From Octopus vulgaris (lineage: Eukaryota), in assembly GCA_951406725.2 (NCBI GenBank), contig OX597814.1, positions 183,458,001 through 183,522,000 of the forward strand: DNA of 64,000 bases, given 5' to 3'. Below are positions 39,765-53,125 of the stretch, one piece after another. Numbering within the stretch: position 1 is the stretch's first letter; each line of letters opens with the position of its first letter. The notes under the pieces were generated by a model, which worked only from the letters and a program-made list of their open reading frames with translations, did no database searches and was not told the origin of the DNA. Position numbers and translations under genes: made by a program.

Positions 39765-42073
39765 CCAAAATGTTAATCATACAGGAAAAAATATGCAGAA
39801 TATAATATGATGATAATGCACGTAACCTTTCTGTTATCTGTAACTTCGATCTAAACTCTTCCCTGCCAGTCACATGGTCTGTTTGAAATAGCAACAAAAT
39901 ATCCTTCCCATCATACCCTACGGTTTTGAAAAAGGAAAAAACTTGTTTAAACAATGCAATCCGGTATATATAACAAGACATGCAATAGTCATGACTGAAG
40001 ATACTTGTGTTTGCCGAAATATAATTCATGTAGCTGCAAAATCATGTGGCTGCAAATTGATTGTTCAGTGTTTATTTGCCTATAGGCAACAGCAACGTGC
40101 CATACATGCTAGCAATACTGCTATTTGATCATACATTTATCTCACAGACAGTAACTGATACTGATTGAAATTTATTTTATATTCCATAATGTGAATCTTA
40201 CGCTTTATGATGTAGGTTCGTTAACATAACGCATGTGATATCGACACGAAAAATCACGAGAGATTATGAGGTCCATTAAATGTAGTGAACTGGCGGTTTT
40301 AATCGGGAGCTGTTAAAGACCTGCTACAGTAATGTACGGAGCAGTTCCTTTTTATATCTGGTGAACGTTTCCGTAATGCTGAAAGAGAGCCACAACGGAA
40401 GAATGGTCTCGTTGTCTGTGTTCGTAAATGAGTCGTATGGCTGTGAGAGATATCAAGAGAAGGAGGTGGGGGCTTGAAGGATATATTGCTAGGAACTAAA
40501 TGTGATTGATAATTTGATTTCTGAAAATGGTGCCCTAGGACCATTTACCTCGTTTGCTGGAATGATCAGAATAGTTTGTGTACAAGGCTGCAGATCTCTT
40601 TTAATTAATAGAAGTAGGTGGAATGGGAGTGGGGTATTGTGGGGTTGGGACAGTAATATTTCGAAACGAGCCATTATTGGCTTACTTTAAATCGAATACC
40701 TACAAAAATCAAACCAAATCAACTCTATCTACGGCAGTTCAAGATGCTACTATAAACTGATTTATATAGTGTGTGTGTATATAAGAATAATAATTTTTGA
40801 GTTACGGTATAGTGTATAATAGAGTCGGATGCTTTGAAGTACACCATATACTGGTAATGTGCGTTAAGTTCAAAGACTAGCTTGTGATAATAATTTATAG
40901 TTTCCAGATTATTAACTCTACCACCACTGTGTATGTATTTTTCACCAAATCTGCATCAAAGTGAATCACATTCACTTAAGGAAACCTACTCCAGTGTATA
41001 CACACATACACGCACACGCATACATACACACACACACACTCACTCACTCACTCACTGTGTTAAGAATAGCCCCTGAATAATTCAGAGTTTTGCGTGTGTC
41101 ACTCTCCACTGCTGATTTCCAATGTTTATTTCTGATTATATTGATAAAAAAAATAACGTGACCAGATAAACTTTGACTATACTATATACATGGAAAAAAG
41201 GAAAAGAGAAAATTATGTACAATTAAATAATTTATGAATAAAATTCATTATGCCGCCACCGCTGCTTTGACGATTTTCGCTTGCTACTATTACATTTTCG
41301 TGTTTATTTTTTGAACATTACACGTCTATAATAGACATTATCACAGAATTAATATAGCGGTGAGTTTGGCTTTCTGTGATGTACCTGCAATACGCATGAT
41401 GTAGAGATTGCTATTTTACACTAATGATAATTCTGTTCCACATCACGAATTTTTATCCAGCCGATCTGCTAATTGTAACATCTGTGATTTTTCAACCACT
41501 GTTATACTAACAGCCACAAAAGCTAGAAGTACACATTTAGCAATGACACCCTTGCTACTGAACGATTTCCCTCGACTACTGATATATTTTTCTGTTACTT
41601 TTTCCTATATATCTTTCCATATTTAAGAGACACTACTCCGGACAAATAGTCTAGGTAATTAGACATCCATGGTGTGTCTGCTTTCAATGTGATACCAAGA
41701 TTGCTATTTTAAACTAACACCACCTCTGCACATAACGAATTTATGCATACATACATGCATACGTTCATATGTATATAGACATATAATGATACATGCATCT
41801 CTCTCTCAATCTCTCACTATGTATCTATCTACACATCTATCTATGTGTCTATCTGCCTGTCTGTATATCTATCTTCCTATCTCTCACTATACACAAGCAT
41901 GCGCGCACACACAGACACACATATTAACCTGACTGACCCTCTACACGCAATGACAAGGAATACATTTCTGTTTCCAGTAGAGAGTACAGACTGTTATCAC
42001 TCATGTTGGTCAAGCATATGTCACCTGATACCTTCAGATCGTCTAACGCCCCACAATAGTAGCGGTAAAGCCC

Positions 42074-42557
42074 CTATTTCTTTATTGCCCACAAGGGGCT
42101 AAACGTAGAGGGGACAAACAAGGACAGACAAAGGGATTAAGTCGATTACATCGACCCCAGTGCGTAACTGGTACTTAATTTATCGACCCCGAAAGGATGA
42201 AGGGCAAAGTCGACCTCGGCGGAATTTGAACTTAGAACGTAACGGCAGACGAAATACGGCTACGCATTTCGCCCGGCGTGCTAACGTTTCTGCCAGCTCG
42301 CCGCCTTTCTGACAGATAAAATACCTATTTCTATACTCCCCACAAGGGGCTAAACACAGAGGGGACAAACAAGGACAGAAAAACAGAATAAGTCGATTAG
42401 ATTGACCCCAGTGCATAACTGCTACTTATTTAATCGACTCTGAGGGATGAAAGGCAAAGTTGACCTCGACGGAATTTGAACTCAGAACGTAGCAGCAGAC
42501 GGAATAATGCTAAGCATTTCGCCGGTCGTGCTAATGTTTCTGCCAGCTCGCTGTCTT
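42074..42557 (-). mobile_element. Two adjacent family D SINEs
   Basis: Two full head-body-tail copies. Confidence 0.9.
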
Positions 42558-43204
42558 AAAACTCTACGTTACATACTGTCGCCAACATCGTGTCTGCTAC
42601 CCAACGTGTGGCATCCAATATGAAATTACTGTTGCTAAAATGTCACCCACTATAAAATGCCAGTTGACTAGCAGAAACATTCATATCAGTTCTTCTACAT
42701 GAAGCTTCTAAATTTTGGAACTGATGTCACTCAGAGACCGAAAACAAACATGTGAGCTGAAGCAATGGTGTTCTAAATGCTCTCAACTTGAAACGATGTC
42801 AAATATCTTTTCCATTTCCTTCTCTGTGAATCGGAACTTATGACGTTAAGTATGTGTTTTACGCTCGCGATACTAAATAATGTAGAGTTGAGACAAAGTG
42901 TTATTTCATGTAATTGTATGTATGATAAACACACATATACTTAATAGATAATAATATTTATGTAAATAATCTCGTACATACATACTCACACGCACGCACG
43001 CATGCGCACACACTTGTATGTATATATGTATTTTTATGTATGCATATATATGTATGTCTCTGCCTCACACGGTTTTTAATTATAAAACTAAAAATACACA
43101 ATGAAATAAAATATATCATAAATACAATATATATATAGTCATACACAAATCATAATGCATTTCTATGAATATGCATTCTATCAATATACAAATTGTGTGT
43201 GTGT

Positions 43205-43713
43205 GACCCCCTTCGGTTATGAATGACCATGGGATTGCACCTAGAAAGTTACCCTCCGAGGCACAAGTCTGAGCAAGGCTGTTTATGGAAGACTAGCAAT
43301 CACCCATGCATACCAGCCTCCCCTCTCCATGCCACCAGTGTTATCGACGGGAAAGGCAAAGGTTGATACAGCTTGGCACCAATGACGTCGCAACACATTT
43401 ATTAATGTGTAAGTGGCTGAGCACTCCACAGACACATGTACCCTTAACGTAGTTCTCGAGAAGATTCAGCGTGACACAGTGTGACAAGGCTAGCCCTTTG
43501 AAATACAGGTACAACAGAAATAAGAAGAAAGAGTGAGAGACAGTTGTGGTGAAAGACTACAGCAGGGTTCACCCCCCTCCCACCTGCCCGGGCCTCGTAG
43601 AGCTTTAGGTGTTTTCGCTCAATAAACACTCACAATGCCTGGTCTGGAAATCGAAACCGCGACCATATGACCGCGAATCCGCTGCCCTAACCACTGGGCC
43701 ATTGCACCTCCAC
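43205..43713 (-). mobile_element. Composite SINE: B head + partial type 1 tail + family C 3' module
   Basis: 43400-43713 matches B1; 43205-43395 matches the 3' half of family C. Confidence 0.8.
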
Positions 43714-44464
43714 TCACGCACACACACACGCACACGCGCAAACACGCACGCACACACACACACACACAAACACACACACGCACAAATACACACACACACA
43801 CACACATATATATATAATAAAAGATACAATATCTGTAATATAATCTAATATAATAATATGTAAGCCCCCACACATATATTATATATAAGTGTATGTAGCA
43901 GAAACGTATTAGAGCATGATAATATGAATGTAACAAATGCTTGTGAAAATGTCAGAAATAATAGCGACAGAAGCAGTATTAACACCAAAGGTAATATTAA
44001 TTCCCACTTAAAAGTGGGTGTAGTGTAAGAACACAAAATACTGCATTATTTATCACCAGAGAGCCTCTCATATGAACTCGTGGTGCATATAAGCGCTCGT
44101 TTTTATATCGTTAGCGGGAGATAATCATTCGCTACCATCGCAGGAACTACGAGATTAAATGATTTCGTTTCTTCTTGGGTTTATCAATGGCGAGCGGCTG
44201 CGGCTAGAGATAGCAGTGTTTTATCCGTCAGCATATAAAAAAGAACTTTCATTTTAAATACCTACTGTTTTATAACTTGGGTACACGTGTTTCATGAGAT
44301 ACATTTCCCGGGTCCTAAACCACTCTGTGTTTTGCTAGAACCCTTCTTAAAATGTAACCCAAATCATTAGGCCCTTATATCACTTTATCATCTTTCAATA
44401 CTATAAACTACATTTTAATTTTTTTAAACCCATAAGTATGTGTAAAATAGGTACGTGTAAATTA

Positions 44465-44524
<60 letters not shown>

Positions 44525-44528
<4 letters not shown>

Positions 44529-45085
44529 ATAATTCGGAATGGTCATATTGCCAGTTTAGCCAATAAAAACACACGCACTATATATTTGCTGTTATTTTGC
44601 TTCAGTGTTATTTATTTTTTACATTAATCTTAATCTTATTTCGGCCAGAGTTCTTTCGTCACACTCCTGTGACCGCATCAGTTGTCCTTTGTTTTCTTCT
44701 CTCTTATTTGTGTCTCTCCTTACTAACCGTCAGCCATTTTGTATTTCTATTGTATGTCTTCACTTGCGCTTGCTTATATCTATATACTAATTTACATACA
44801 TGTATACATATATTGACTTCATCGTCTAAACGTGGTCGGTGTAGGAAATACATCATATTGCACTCATTGTAACATTCGCAACCTGTTTAGTTCAACTTCC
44901 ATTATTATGTTTCACGGTAAACACCGTTGCTCATTATATCTCTTATCTTCGTAATTCTGGACGGATATTAATTTGTTCTGTATCTGTCCCTGTCCCAACC
45001 CGTGTGTACTGCTCTGCGCCTATTGTCTTATTTTCGCTGTGATCTCTACTATCTTAATACCTTTTCTCTCTATCCGCGTCTTTCT
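44525..45085. mobile_element. Penelope-like insert beside a TA microsatellite
   Basis: Begins at a TA run; hammerhead-like motif on the minus strand; CT-rich body. Confidence 0.5.
44643..44687 (-). ncRNA. Variant minimal hammerhead motif
   Basis: GGACAA-CTGATGC-G-GTCAC(aggagt)GTGAC-GAAA-GAAC-TC-TGGCC. Confidence 0.5.
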
Positions 45086-46576
45086 GCTAATATAACCGAA
45101 TCGGTTGGCATGAACCATGGGCTCCATTCAGGTATTGTGTGAGAAGCTTGCTTTGCAACGAGTTTTCGGGTTCGATCTCAGTTCGTGGCATCTTGAGCAA
45201 ATGGCACTTCCCATAAATTAGGAGTGAAACTGGGTTGACAGAAATTAAACAGAAATCCGTCGAATGGTGTGGACCTGTAACTTTATGGTATAGCCTTTTC
45301 ATGCACATCCTGTCAAGCTGATTCCACCTGAGAATTAAGTTATGTTTTGGAATACTCAGCCATTTACCTATTAATACACTGATCTGTTGATCGAAAAACT
45401 GGATCGTCATCGAGCAAAGGACTATTCACTCACGTACAGACATTCTCACCTACACATGCATATACAAGTGTGCGCGTGTTCCTATATGTACAATGAAGCA
45501 GTGATAATAAGAAGGAACGAGTGAAGCAGACAGTTAATGTGAAAAATAAAAATAAAAATAAGGAAAAAGAAATAAAGCACAAGGAAAATATTTAGAAATG
45601 ATATAGGAAGAAAAAAAAATCAAAATGTCAACATAAAAAAATATAAAAGTGTTTAAAACAATTATAAATGATGAAAAAATAGTGAAAAGAAATAGCTTAT
45701 ATACTTGAAAACAAGATGGTAAACACACCGGTGTTATAATCTGTCAGGAAAAAAATAACTAAACGCGTCTTACTTTTTTCTGTTTTAGTTTTTATATTTT
45801 TGCGACGTCTGGTGATCGATTGATGGGCGTAGGTCAAGAGCGACCAGCTATATGTCTATCTATTGAAAAAGTTGTCGGATGTTTTCTAATGTAAGCTGTT
45901 TCAAGAGATTAGCAAGTGTTTTGACGTTGGAACTAAAGATAAATAATTATTCTAAAAACTGTATAAATATTGTTTATTATTCTTCTATTTGATTTTTGTT
46001 TTACAGTTGAGAACAACTCCGGAGAAATTCGACCGTTTCTTAGCTATTTTCTCTAAGCTAATAAGTCAAGAAATGTCGAATAAAATATATATGTTTTCAG
46101 TCACGAACACTTCTCGTGATGTATTGTGAAGGAAAGAAAAACTCTTGCGGTTTCTTCTCGCATTCATTCATAATTTCAAACACAGGCCGAAGCAACCTGA
46201 TTTGTATGCATACATGTGTGTACACAAACATATAAACTAACACATGCGCACACTTATATACCTGTATACATGTGTGTATATGTATGTTTATATATATATA
46301 TATTGAGACACTCCTGTCACAACCTGGTGCCTTGAAGACTGCTTTAATACAAGAAAGTATAATAGTCCCTTAATATTTTATATTCAATATTTCATCTATT
46401 CAATCCATACTTCATTTCATTTTACTATATATATATTATTTATACTATATATTCTATATTCTACATTAATATTATTAAGAATATAAATAAAACAAAAAAA
46501 CAGAGTTGGAATTTCTTTGAATAATATATATCCCTCTATACACAATCATACAAACCTCTTTATATATATATATATA

Positions 46577-46922
46577 GGTGGAAGTGTGACTGTGTGCTAA
46601 GAATTTTGCTTCCCTACTACATGGTTCTAGGTTTGGTGACCTAGATCCAGCCTTCGGAGTGGATTTCACAGACGGAAACTGAAAGAAGGCTGTCATATGT
46701 GCGTATGTGTGCGTTCGTCTTAGATTCTGTGTTTGTTCCCTATCATCAGTTGACTAGCGGTTTTAGTGTGTTAATATCCCCGTAACTTAGCGGTTCGACC
46801 AAAAGATTCCGATTGTATCAGCACCAGGCTGTAGAAGAAAGAGATGATTACTACGGCTTGTTCGTTCGATTAGAATAAAATCGGTACCCCAATATGGTCA
46901 CAGTCTAATGACTGAGACATGC
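46577..46922 (+). mobile_element. SINE family A, diverged
   Basis: Head and body similarity to family A. Confidence 0.75.
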
Positions 46923-46934
46923 AATATATATATA

Positions 46935-47453
46935 TTTCCTCGGTCAAGTTCCAGATTATTTTTGCAATCTCGGCTGGTTATACTCGAGATTGCTCAAATC
47001 TGGCAAGCCCCAAGGAAAAACTAAGCTAAGGACATTAGATTCCTTGGAAGAAAGCAGCGAATGTATACGAAAACAAGGACGACAAGAACGGAAAACGCTA
47101 CACAAATACAAATAACAGGACATAACAACAGGTGTCTTTCGACTAAGGACGAATTAAATTAATCTGGCGTATGTGGAAGTAAAGCCTTACTGCAGGGATA
47201 CAAGATTTCACAAGCACAGGGAAGAATATAGATGGTGCAAGGACAACGGCCAAACCAAGAAAGAAAGGTCAGGCTTGGCCGAACACCGGTCACGTGGAGA
47301 GAGAAAAGAGAGGGGTAGAGGCAGAAGGACAGAAGAAATAAGGAGGAGCGAGAAAAAATGACAGGGACGAAAAAATACGGAAAACGTTAACAAATACAAA
47401 TAACCGGACATAACAACAGGTTTTTTCGACTAAGGACGAATGAAATGAAGCTG

Positions 47454-47457
<4 letters not shown>
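46935..47457. mobile_element. Microsatellite-flanked element with ~82-bp direct repeat (Penelope-like)
   Basis: 47088-47170 is repeated at 47377-47457 (period 289); hairpin GCAATCTCG/CGAGATTGC near the left end. Confidence 0.55.
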
Positions 47458-47486
<29 letters not shown>

Positions 47487-47509
47487 TGTATATATATATA
47501 TATATATAT

Positions 47510-47575
<66 letters not shown>

Positions 47576-48978
47576 ATATATACACACATACATACATACA
47601 TGCGCACACGTACTCACGTGCATATACGTATTTACAATCTAAAGGTAAATTTTGATAACTCGAAGAACACAACAACGTGTTTATTCAATAATTCTGACAG
47701 AAACAATTCTGTTCCTTATGTCCAACACTATTCTTCAAAAAAAAAAAATTGACTTATTATTGGATCAAGAACAATAAGAATTCTGTTGTGAGCTACGAAA
47801 GTTTGCTGGCATTTGTGGATATACTAAGAAATAATCGCTCAATTAATAAACTAGGTCAACAAGAAGTAATTAAACTGAACAGCCGTAAATGGTTCACTGC
47901 ACAAATTACGAAAGTTAACTCTGTGTATGTCTGTGTGTCTCTCTCTATCGACATATATAAGTGTGTGTATGGATTTATGCATGTATGTATTTACACATGG
48001 TAGACTGAAGACATTCTAGCTTAAGAATAATAACGCAATATCAGCTGATGGGGCTGACTCAATACTGAGGAAAGTTTCAAACTCATTGTAAACTTCATGT
48101 TGAATGGAACGTTATATATGCCTCTGAGTGTGTGTGTGTGTGAGTGTATGGTGTGTTTGTATGTCTATGTATTTATGTACCCAGTTTATGTGTTGCACGC
48201 ACACCTATCTTTCTATCTATCTATCTGTCTGTCTGTCTATGTATGTATGTAACTATCTAGTTATCTATCTATGTAACTATCTATCTATAACTTAGCTGTT
48301 ACTAGCAAGCAAGTATGACATAGGTAGTACCACTCTTTTGTTAAGTATTTGAGACACCACCTCCTTGGACAAAACTTTCCTTTAAGCAATTTGAGAAAAT
48401 ATGAAGGACAGTTATCACACTTGTAGATTTCCAGTCTGAATTGAATAAGCAGCTTTATAAATAATATAGTAGCTTTTGTCATTAGAGTTTTCCTTGTAAT
48501 GTGAAACTCTTTCACTTTCATGGCAGTGAATTAGGGATCCACATACACACAAACACACACACACACTAAATACACTGACATACACACGCGCGTACAAACA
48601 AATACACAGTCAGACAGACACATTTTTATGCCATTACTTCGCAAAGATTTTTGTTGGTTAACCACTGTCAACCATTTACTAGTTTTTCCTACTGCTAAAT
48701 CTTTCGTAATTTTGTCGAACTCTTGTATCTTCGAGAATTATAATGCCTCGTTTCCCTTTCAACATCATCTTAGTCAATAATTGGAATCATGAAACGAAAA
48801 TATAGAAAAAATAAAAAGGAAAAGAATGGCGGGAAAGCACAAATATGAAAATAATGTAACTCTTGACAAATTACAAAAAAATTCATATGACCTTATATAT
48901 GATGGCATATTAATATCGATAGCGAATATTGCATTGTCTTGAAATATAAAAAAAATGTTTGTAAGTATTCCATATTTT

Positions 48979-49298
48979 GTGGAGGCGCAATGGCCCAGTG
49001 ATTAGGGCAGCGGACTCGCGGTCGGAGCATCGCGGTTTCGATTCCCAAACCGGGCGTTGTGTGTGTTTATTGAGCGTAAACACCTAAAAGCTCCACAAGG
49101 CTCCGAAGGGGGTGGTGGTGACCCCTGTTGTACTCTTTTACCACAACTTTCTCTCACTCTTTCTTCCTGTTTCTTGAGTAACGCTGCGATGGACTGACGT
49201 CCCGTCCAGTTGTGGGGAATACATACGCCACAGAAACCGGGAAACCGGGCCCATGAGCCTGGCTAGGCTTGAAAAGGGCGACGTTTATCGTTTTATTG
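48979..49298 (+). mobile_element. SINE family B, tail type 2, TSD CATATTTT
   Basis: TSD at 48971-48978 and 49299-49306. Confidence 0.92.
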
Positions 49299-49537
49299 CA
49301 TATTTTAATAATTGATATATTTTGAAAATGATATTCGGAGTGGTAAATACGACCTTTACATAATGTGAGAAAAATCGAAACTCAGACGTGGCCTCCGATC
49401 TACTGAGGTGATTTTTGGTGAGATTAGTATTTGTAGCGTGATATTTTTTTAGAGGTTTATTTGTCTGTTACATATACCTGTAAACATGAATGCATGTGCG
49501 CATAAGCATAAACATATATACATGCACACTTATAGAC

Positions 49538-49573
<36 letters not shown>

Positions 49574-49574
49574 T

Positions 49575-49646
49575 GGGGATAAAGCTCAGTGGTAGAGCAT
49601 TCGACTGCAGATCGAGAGGTCCCCGGTTCAATCCCGGGTGCCCCCT
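49575..49646 (+). tRNA. tRNA-Cys(GCA), probably a pseudogene or retrocopy
   Basis: 72-nt cloverleaf GGGGATAAAGCTCAGTGGTAGAGCATTCGACTGCAGATCGAGAGGTCCCCGGTTCAATCCCGGGTGCCCCCT with U discriminator; U8 changed to A, A5:C68 mismatch, no oligo-T terminator. Confidence 0.9.
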
Positions 49647-49656
49647 ATAATTCTAA

Positions 49657-49720
49657 TGGCGGTGCCCCAGCATGGCCACAGCTCGTGAGCTGAAACTAGA
49701 TGAAATGAAATGATGAAATG
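49657..49720 (+). mobile_element. ~50-nt solo retroelement tail
   Basis: TGGCGGTGCCCCAGCATGGCCACAGCTCGTGAGCTGAAACTAG + (ATGAA)n; related to the family A tail. Confidence 0.8.
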
Positions 49721-50305
49721 ATGTATGTGTATGTGTGTGTGTGCCAGTGTATGCATCTATGTTTGAGCGGAATATATTGTTTATTTGTATATATATACTT
49801 CTGTATTTATCTCCTGTTAGTACAAATAATGTAGTATAGTTGTCTTTGTGTGTGATTAAGTCAGAATGGAAGTGGATACTTTCACAAATTGACAAATTGT
49901 TACATTGTTTCGTATTTCCGACATTTTGTTCATTTCGTTTAGGAGCCTTGTAATGTTTCGTTTTAAGTATTTGTTGATGTAGACACTTCATTTGGCAATC
50001 GACTAAAGAGATATTGGTTACCGATAGTTTAAACAGTCCTCAATTAGTAAGTACCGTGCTACAAATATCTATTGTCAAAGTTTCAATTTCCGGACATTGA
50101 GTGTTAATTGCTTAATCTTTCGTTATTCATGAATTAATGAAGTTAAATTTCACTCAATTACTTGTAAGTAAATCTTCCAAATTACTGAATAATTATCCTT
50201 TGAAAAGGAAAAGAAGAAAATAAAAACATTTCAGGGTCAGTTCAGTGCATTTCTAGCCAAGTTCATAGAATGTGCTATAAAAGCTTTCTAAATACGAAAA
50301 AAATG

Positions 50306-50336
<31 letters not shown>

Positions 50337-51040
50337 GCAAAAGGAAATAGAAATTAGAAGAAATTAGAAGTCGAAGAAATATGTGGTCAATTATGTATGT
50401 GGATCGTTCGAGCGTTAATTAATTTGTTTTCAGCTGTCTAATAGAAATCTTTATGAACTTGAAAGGTGGAAAGTGAAGAAAAAAGTAAAAGAGAATAAGA
50501 TAAGAAAAAAAAACCTAAATGAGAATAAAATAAGATAAGAAAAAAAGAAAGGAAACAGAAAAGAAAAATAAGTAAATTCGAATAAAAATAGAAATTAAAC
50601 GGTAAGACCAATATACTACAGCAGCGAACGTGAAGGATTCTTCTTCGCATGAACTACAGAGAGAGTATGGAGAAAATCCAGAATGTGCACATGCCAAGAG
50701 GAATACGCATAAACTTACCCACCCATAGAATCATGCATACATATAGATTTTATACTAGAAGATACATATAAATATATACATTGGATTAAATAATTAAAAT
50801 AGGGAATGTTTTGAAGAGTATAGTGGTAATATTATTTTATATAACGCATTCTGTTAGTTATATATATTTCTTTGTGTACTTCATTTGAAATCAGAGCAGA
50901 AATCATTCTGAAGTACATACGTGGATCCCTCTCTAGATACCTTCCTCCCTCTCTATATTCATGCACATATATATATATATATATATATATAATCATATAT
51001 ATAATCATGTATATATATTTATTTGTTTTTAAATTTTTTT

Positions 51041-51086
51041 ATTTTATCTAGTTTCAGCTCACGAGATGTGGTCATGCTGGGGCACC

Positions 51087-51090
<4 letters not shown>
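51041..51090 (-). mobile_element. ~50-nt solo retroelement tail
   Basis: Reverse complement of 49657-49700 with the same 5' start. Confidence 0.8.
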
Positions 51091-51153
<63 letters not shown>

Positions 51154-51859
51154 ATATATATATGTGTATGTGTGTGTGTATTTATATATGTGTGTGTGTG
51201 TGTGTGTATTTATATATATGTGTGTGTGTATTTATATATATGTGTGTGTGTGTGTGTGTATTTATATACATATGGCTGTGTGTGTGTGTATTTATATACA
51301 TATGGCTGTGTGTGTATCAACATAGATATATGTATCTGTGTGTGTGTGTGTACACACATGGGAAGAGATAGAAATTGAGAGACAGTTTACATAACCTGCA
51401 ATACCCACAATAGCATATATCGATGTATGTCGTGCAAAAGCGAAAGCAATGTCAGAATTGAACACTACATTAGTGGGATTAGAGTTACAAATTAAACTCC
51501 ACGTTTTGTGTGTTACAGAATAGATATAAAATCCCGGGGTTTAACAATTTTTAGGTTTCTATCTTCAAACAATATTCCATAGGTCAGCACACGACATGGA
51601 ATTAATTTTATCCATTTGGACAGCTTCAAATTATCATTTAATGTAAGAACCAAACGTCGTCTTCTTTCTCCTTATCGATGTTGGCTTATTTCGTTGACGC
51701 AAGAACAGATATCTTTTCAGTTGTGGTATCTCCGACTTAATATAATCATTGTGCATTGCTAGTAATTATTTTTGTCATATCGGGGGATTTAAAAGGACTC
51801 TGACTACGTTGGAATATAAATTTAGAACTAAAGATAAGGATACTAAACACCAATTAATA

Positions 51860-52159
51860 TGTTCTTTCTCGAGCATCGCCTGTCTCATAAGTGCCGGTTT
51901 CCCGGTTTCCTTGGCGTATAGGTTCCCCACCTGGACAGGACGCCGGTCCGTCGCAGGTGAGCTGCAAGATGCAGGAGGAAAGAGTGAGAGAAAGTTGTGG
52001 CGAAAGAGTCAGCAGAGGTTCGCCATTACCTTCTGCCGGAGCCGCGTGGTGCTTTGGTGTTTTCCCTCATAAACACACACATCGCCCGGTCTGAGATTCA
52101 AATCCGCGATCCCTCGACCGCGAGTCCGTTGGTCTAACCACTAGGCCATGTGTCTTCAC
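51860..52159 (-). mobile_element. SINE family B, tail type 3
   Basis: Match to 31951-32267. Confidence 0.9.
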
Positions 52160-52193
52160 TATGCCGACTCTATCAATCACTATTCTTTCCTTT

Positions 52194-52517
52194 GTGAAGG
52201 CCCGTGGTTTAGTGGTTAGGGTGTTCGGCTGACGGTTGTAATGCCAAGAGTTCAATTCCCGGCGGTGCGTTGTGTCCTTGAGAAAGACACTTTATTTCAC
52301 GTTGCTCCAGTCCACTCAGCTGGCAAAAATGAGTAGCACCTGTATTTCAAAGGGCCAGTCTTCTCACATTGTGTGTCAAGCTGAATCTCCCTGAGAACTG
52401 CGTTAAGGGTACACGTGTCTGTGGAGTGCTCAGCCACTTGCACGTTAATTGCACAAACAGGGTGTTCCGTCGATCGGATCAACTGGAAACCTCGTCGTCA
52501 TAACCGATGGAGTGCCA
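52194..52517 (+). mobile_element. SINE: family C-type head with type 1 tail
   Basis: C core (ACACTTTATTTCACGTTGCTCCAG) followed by CCTGTATTTCAAAGGGCCAG...CGTCATAACCGATGGAGTGC. Confidence 0.85.
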
Positions 52518-52625
52518 GTTGGTTACTTTTACTTTAAATCGTTCTGTGTTGCAGACGCAGTCTCTATGTCGGCATTCAAAATACTCGAATGTATGTATGC
52601 ATTTATGTATAAATATATGTATGTA

Positions 52626-52848
52626 TGGAGACGCAATGACCCAGTGGTTAGAGCAGCAGACTCGCAGTCGTAGGATCGCGGTTTCGATTCCCAGACAGGG
52701 CGTTGTGAGTGTTTATTGAGCGAAAACACTTAAAGCTCCACGAGGCTCCGGCAGGGGGTGGTGGTGATCCCTGCTGTACTCTTTCGCCACAACTTTCTCT
52801 GTGTAGCAACATCTGATAGTCTGGTCGGTCACGGTGATCACGGTGATA
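52626..52848 (+). mobile_element. SINE family B with a short fifth tail type
   Basis: B head, then GTGTAGCAACATCTGATAGTCTGGTCGG(TCACGGTGA)2. Confidence 0.75.
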
Positions 52849-52852
52849 TGAA

Positions 52853-53110
52853 TGTACTGTTGTTTCTTGGGAGATTCATTTTCTTTTCATGCCTTATAAT
52901 TTAACACAGTCACCGGTAAAACTTCCACTTATTCCTTATATTATTTTCCTAAAATTTTTCGTTGCGTCTTGCAACCTTTTCAATAGTCAAGACCGGTGAG
53001 TGTGTTAAATTATAAGGCACAAAAAGAAAATAACTCACCCCAGACACAGCAGAATATGCTTCAACACACGAACTAATATAAACAATCTTGCAAACCAAAT
53101 CCCAAAACGA
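52853..53110. mobile_element. Penelope-like fragment with ~60-bp internal inverted repeat
   Basis: TGCCTTATAATTTAACACAGTCACCGGT versus ACCGGTGAGTGTGTTAAATTATAAGGCA; hammerhead-like motif on the minus strand between the arms. Confidence 0.6.
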
Positions 53111-53125
53111 AATATATATGTATGT

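Noticed and set aside
46325-46370. TTGAAGA..GAAAGTAT hammerhead-like string
   Set aside because: Stems I and II do not pair adequately
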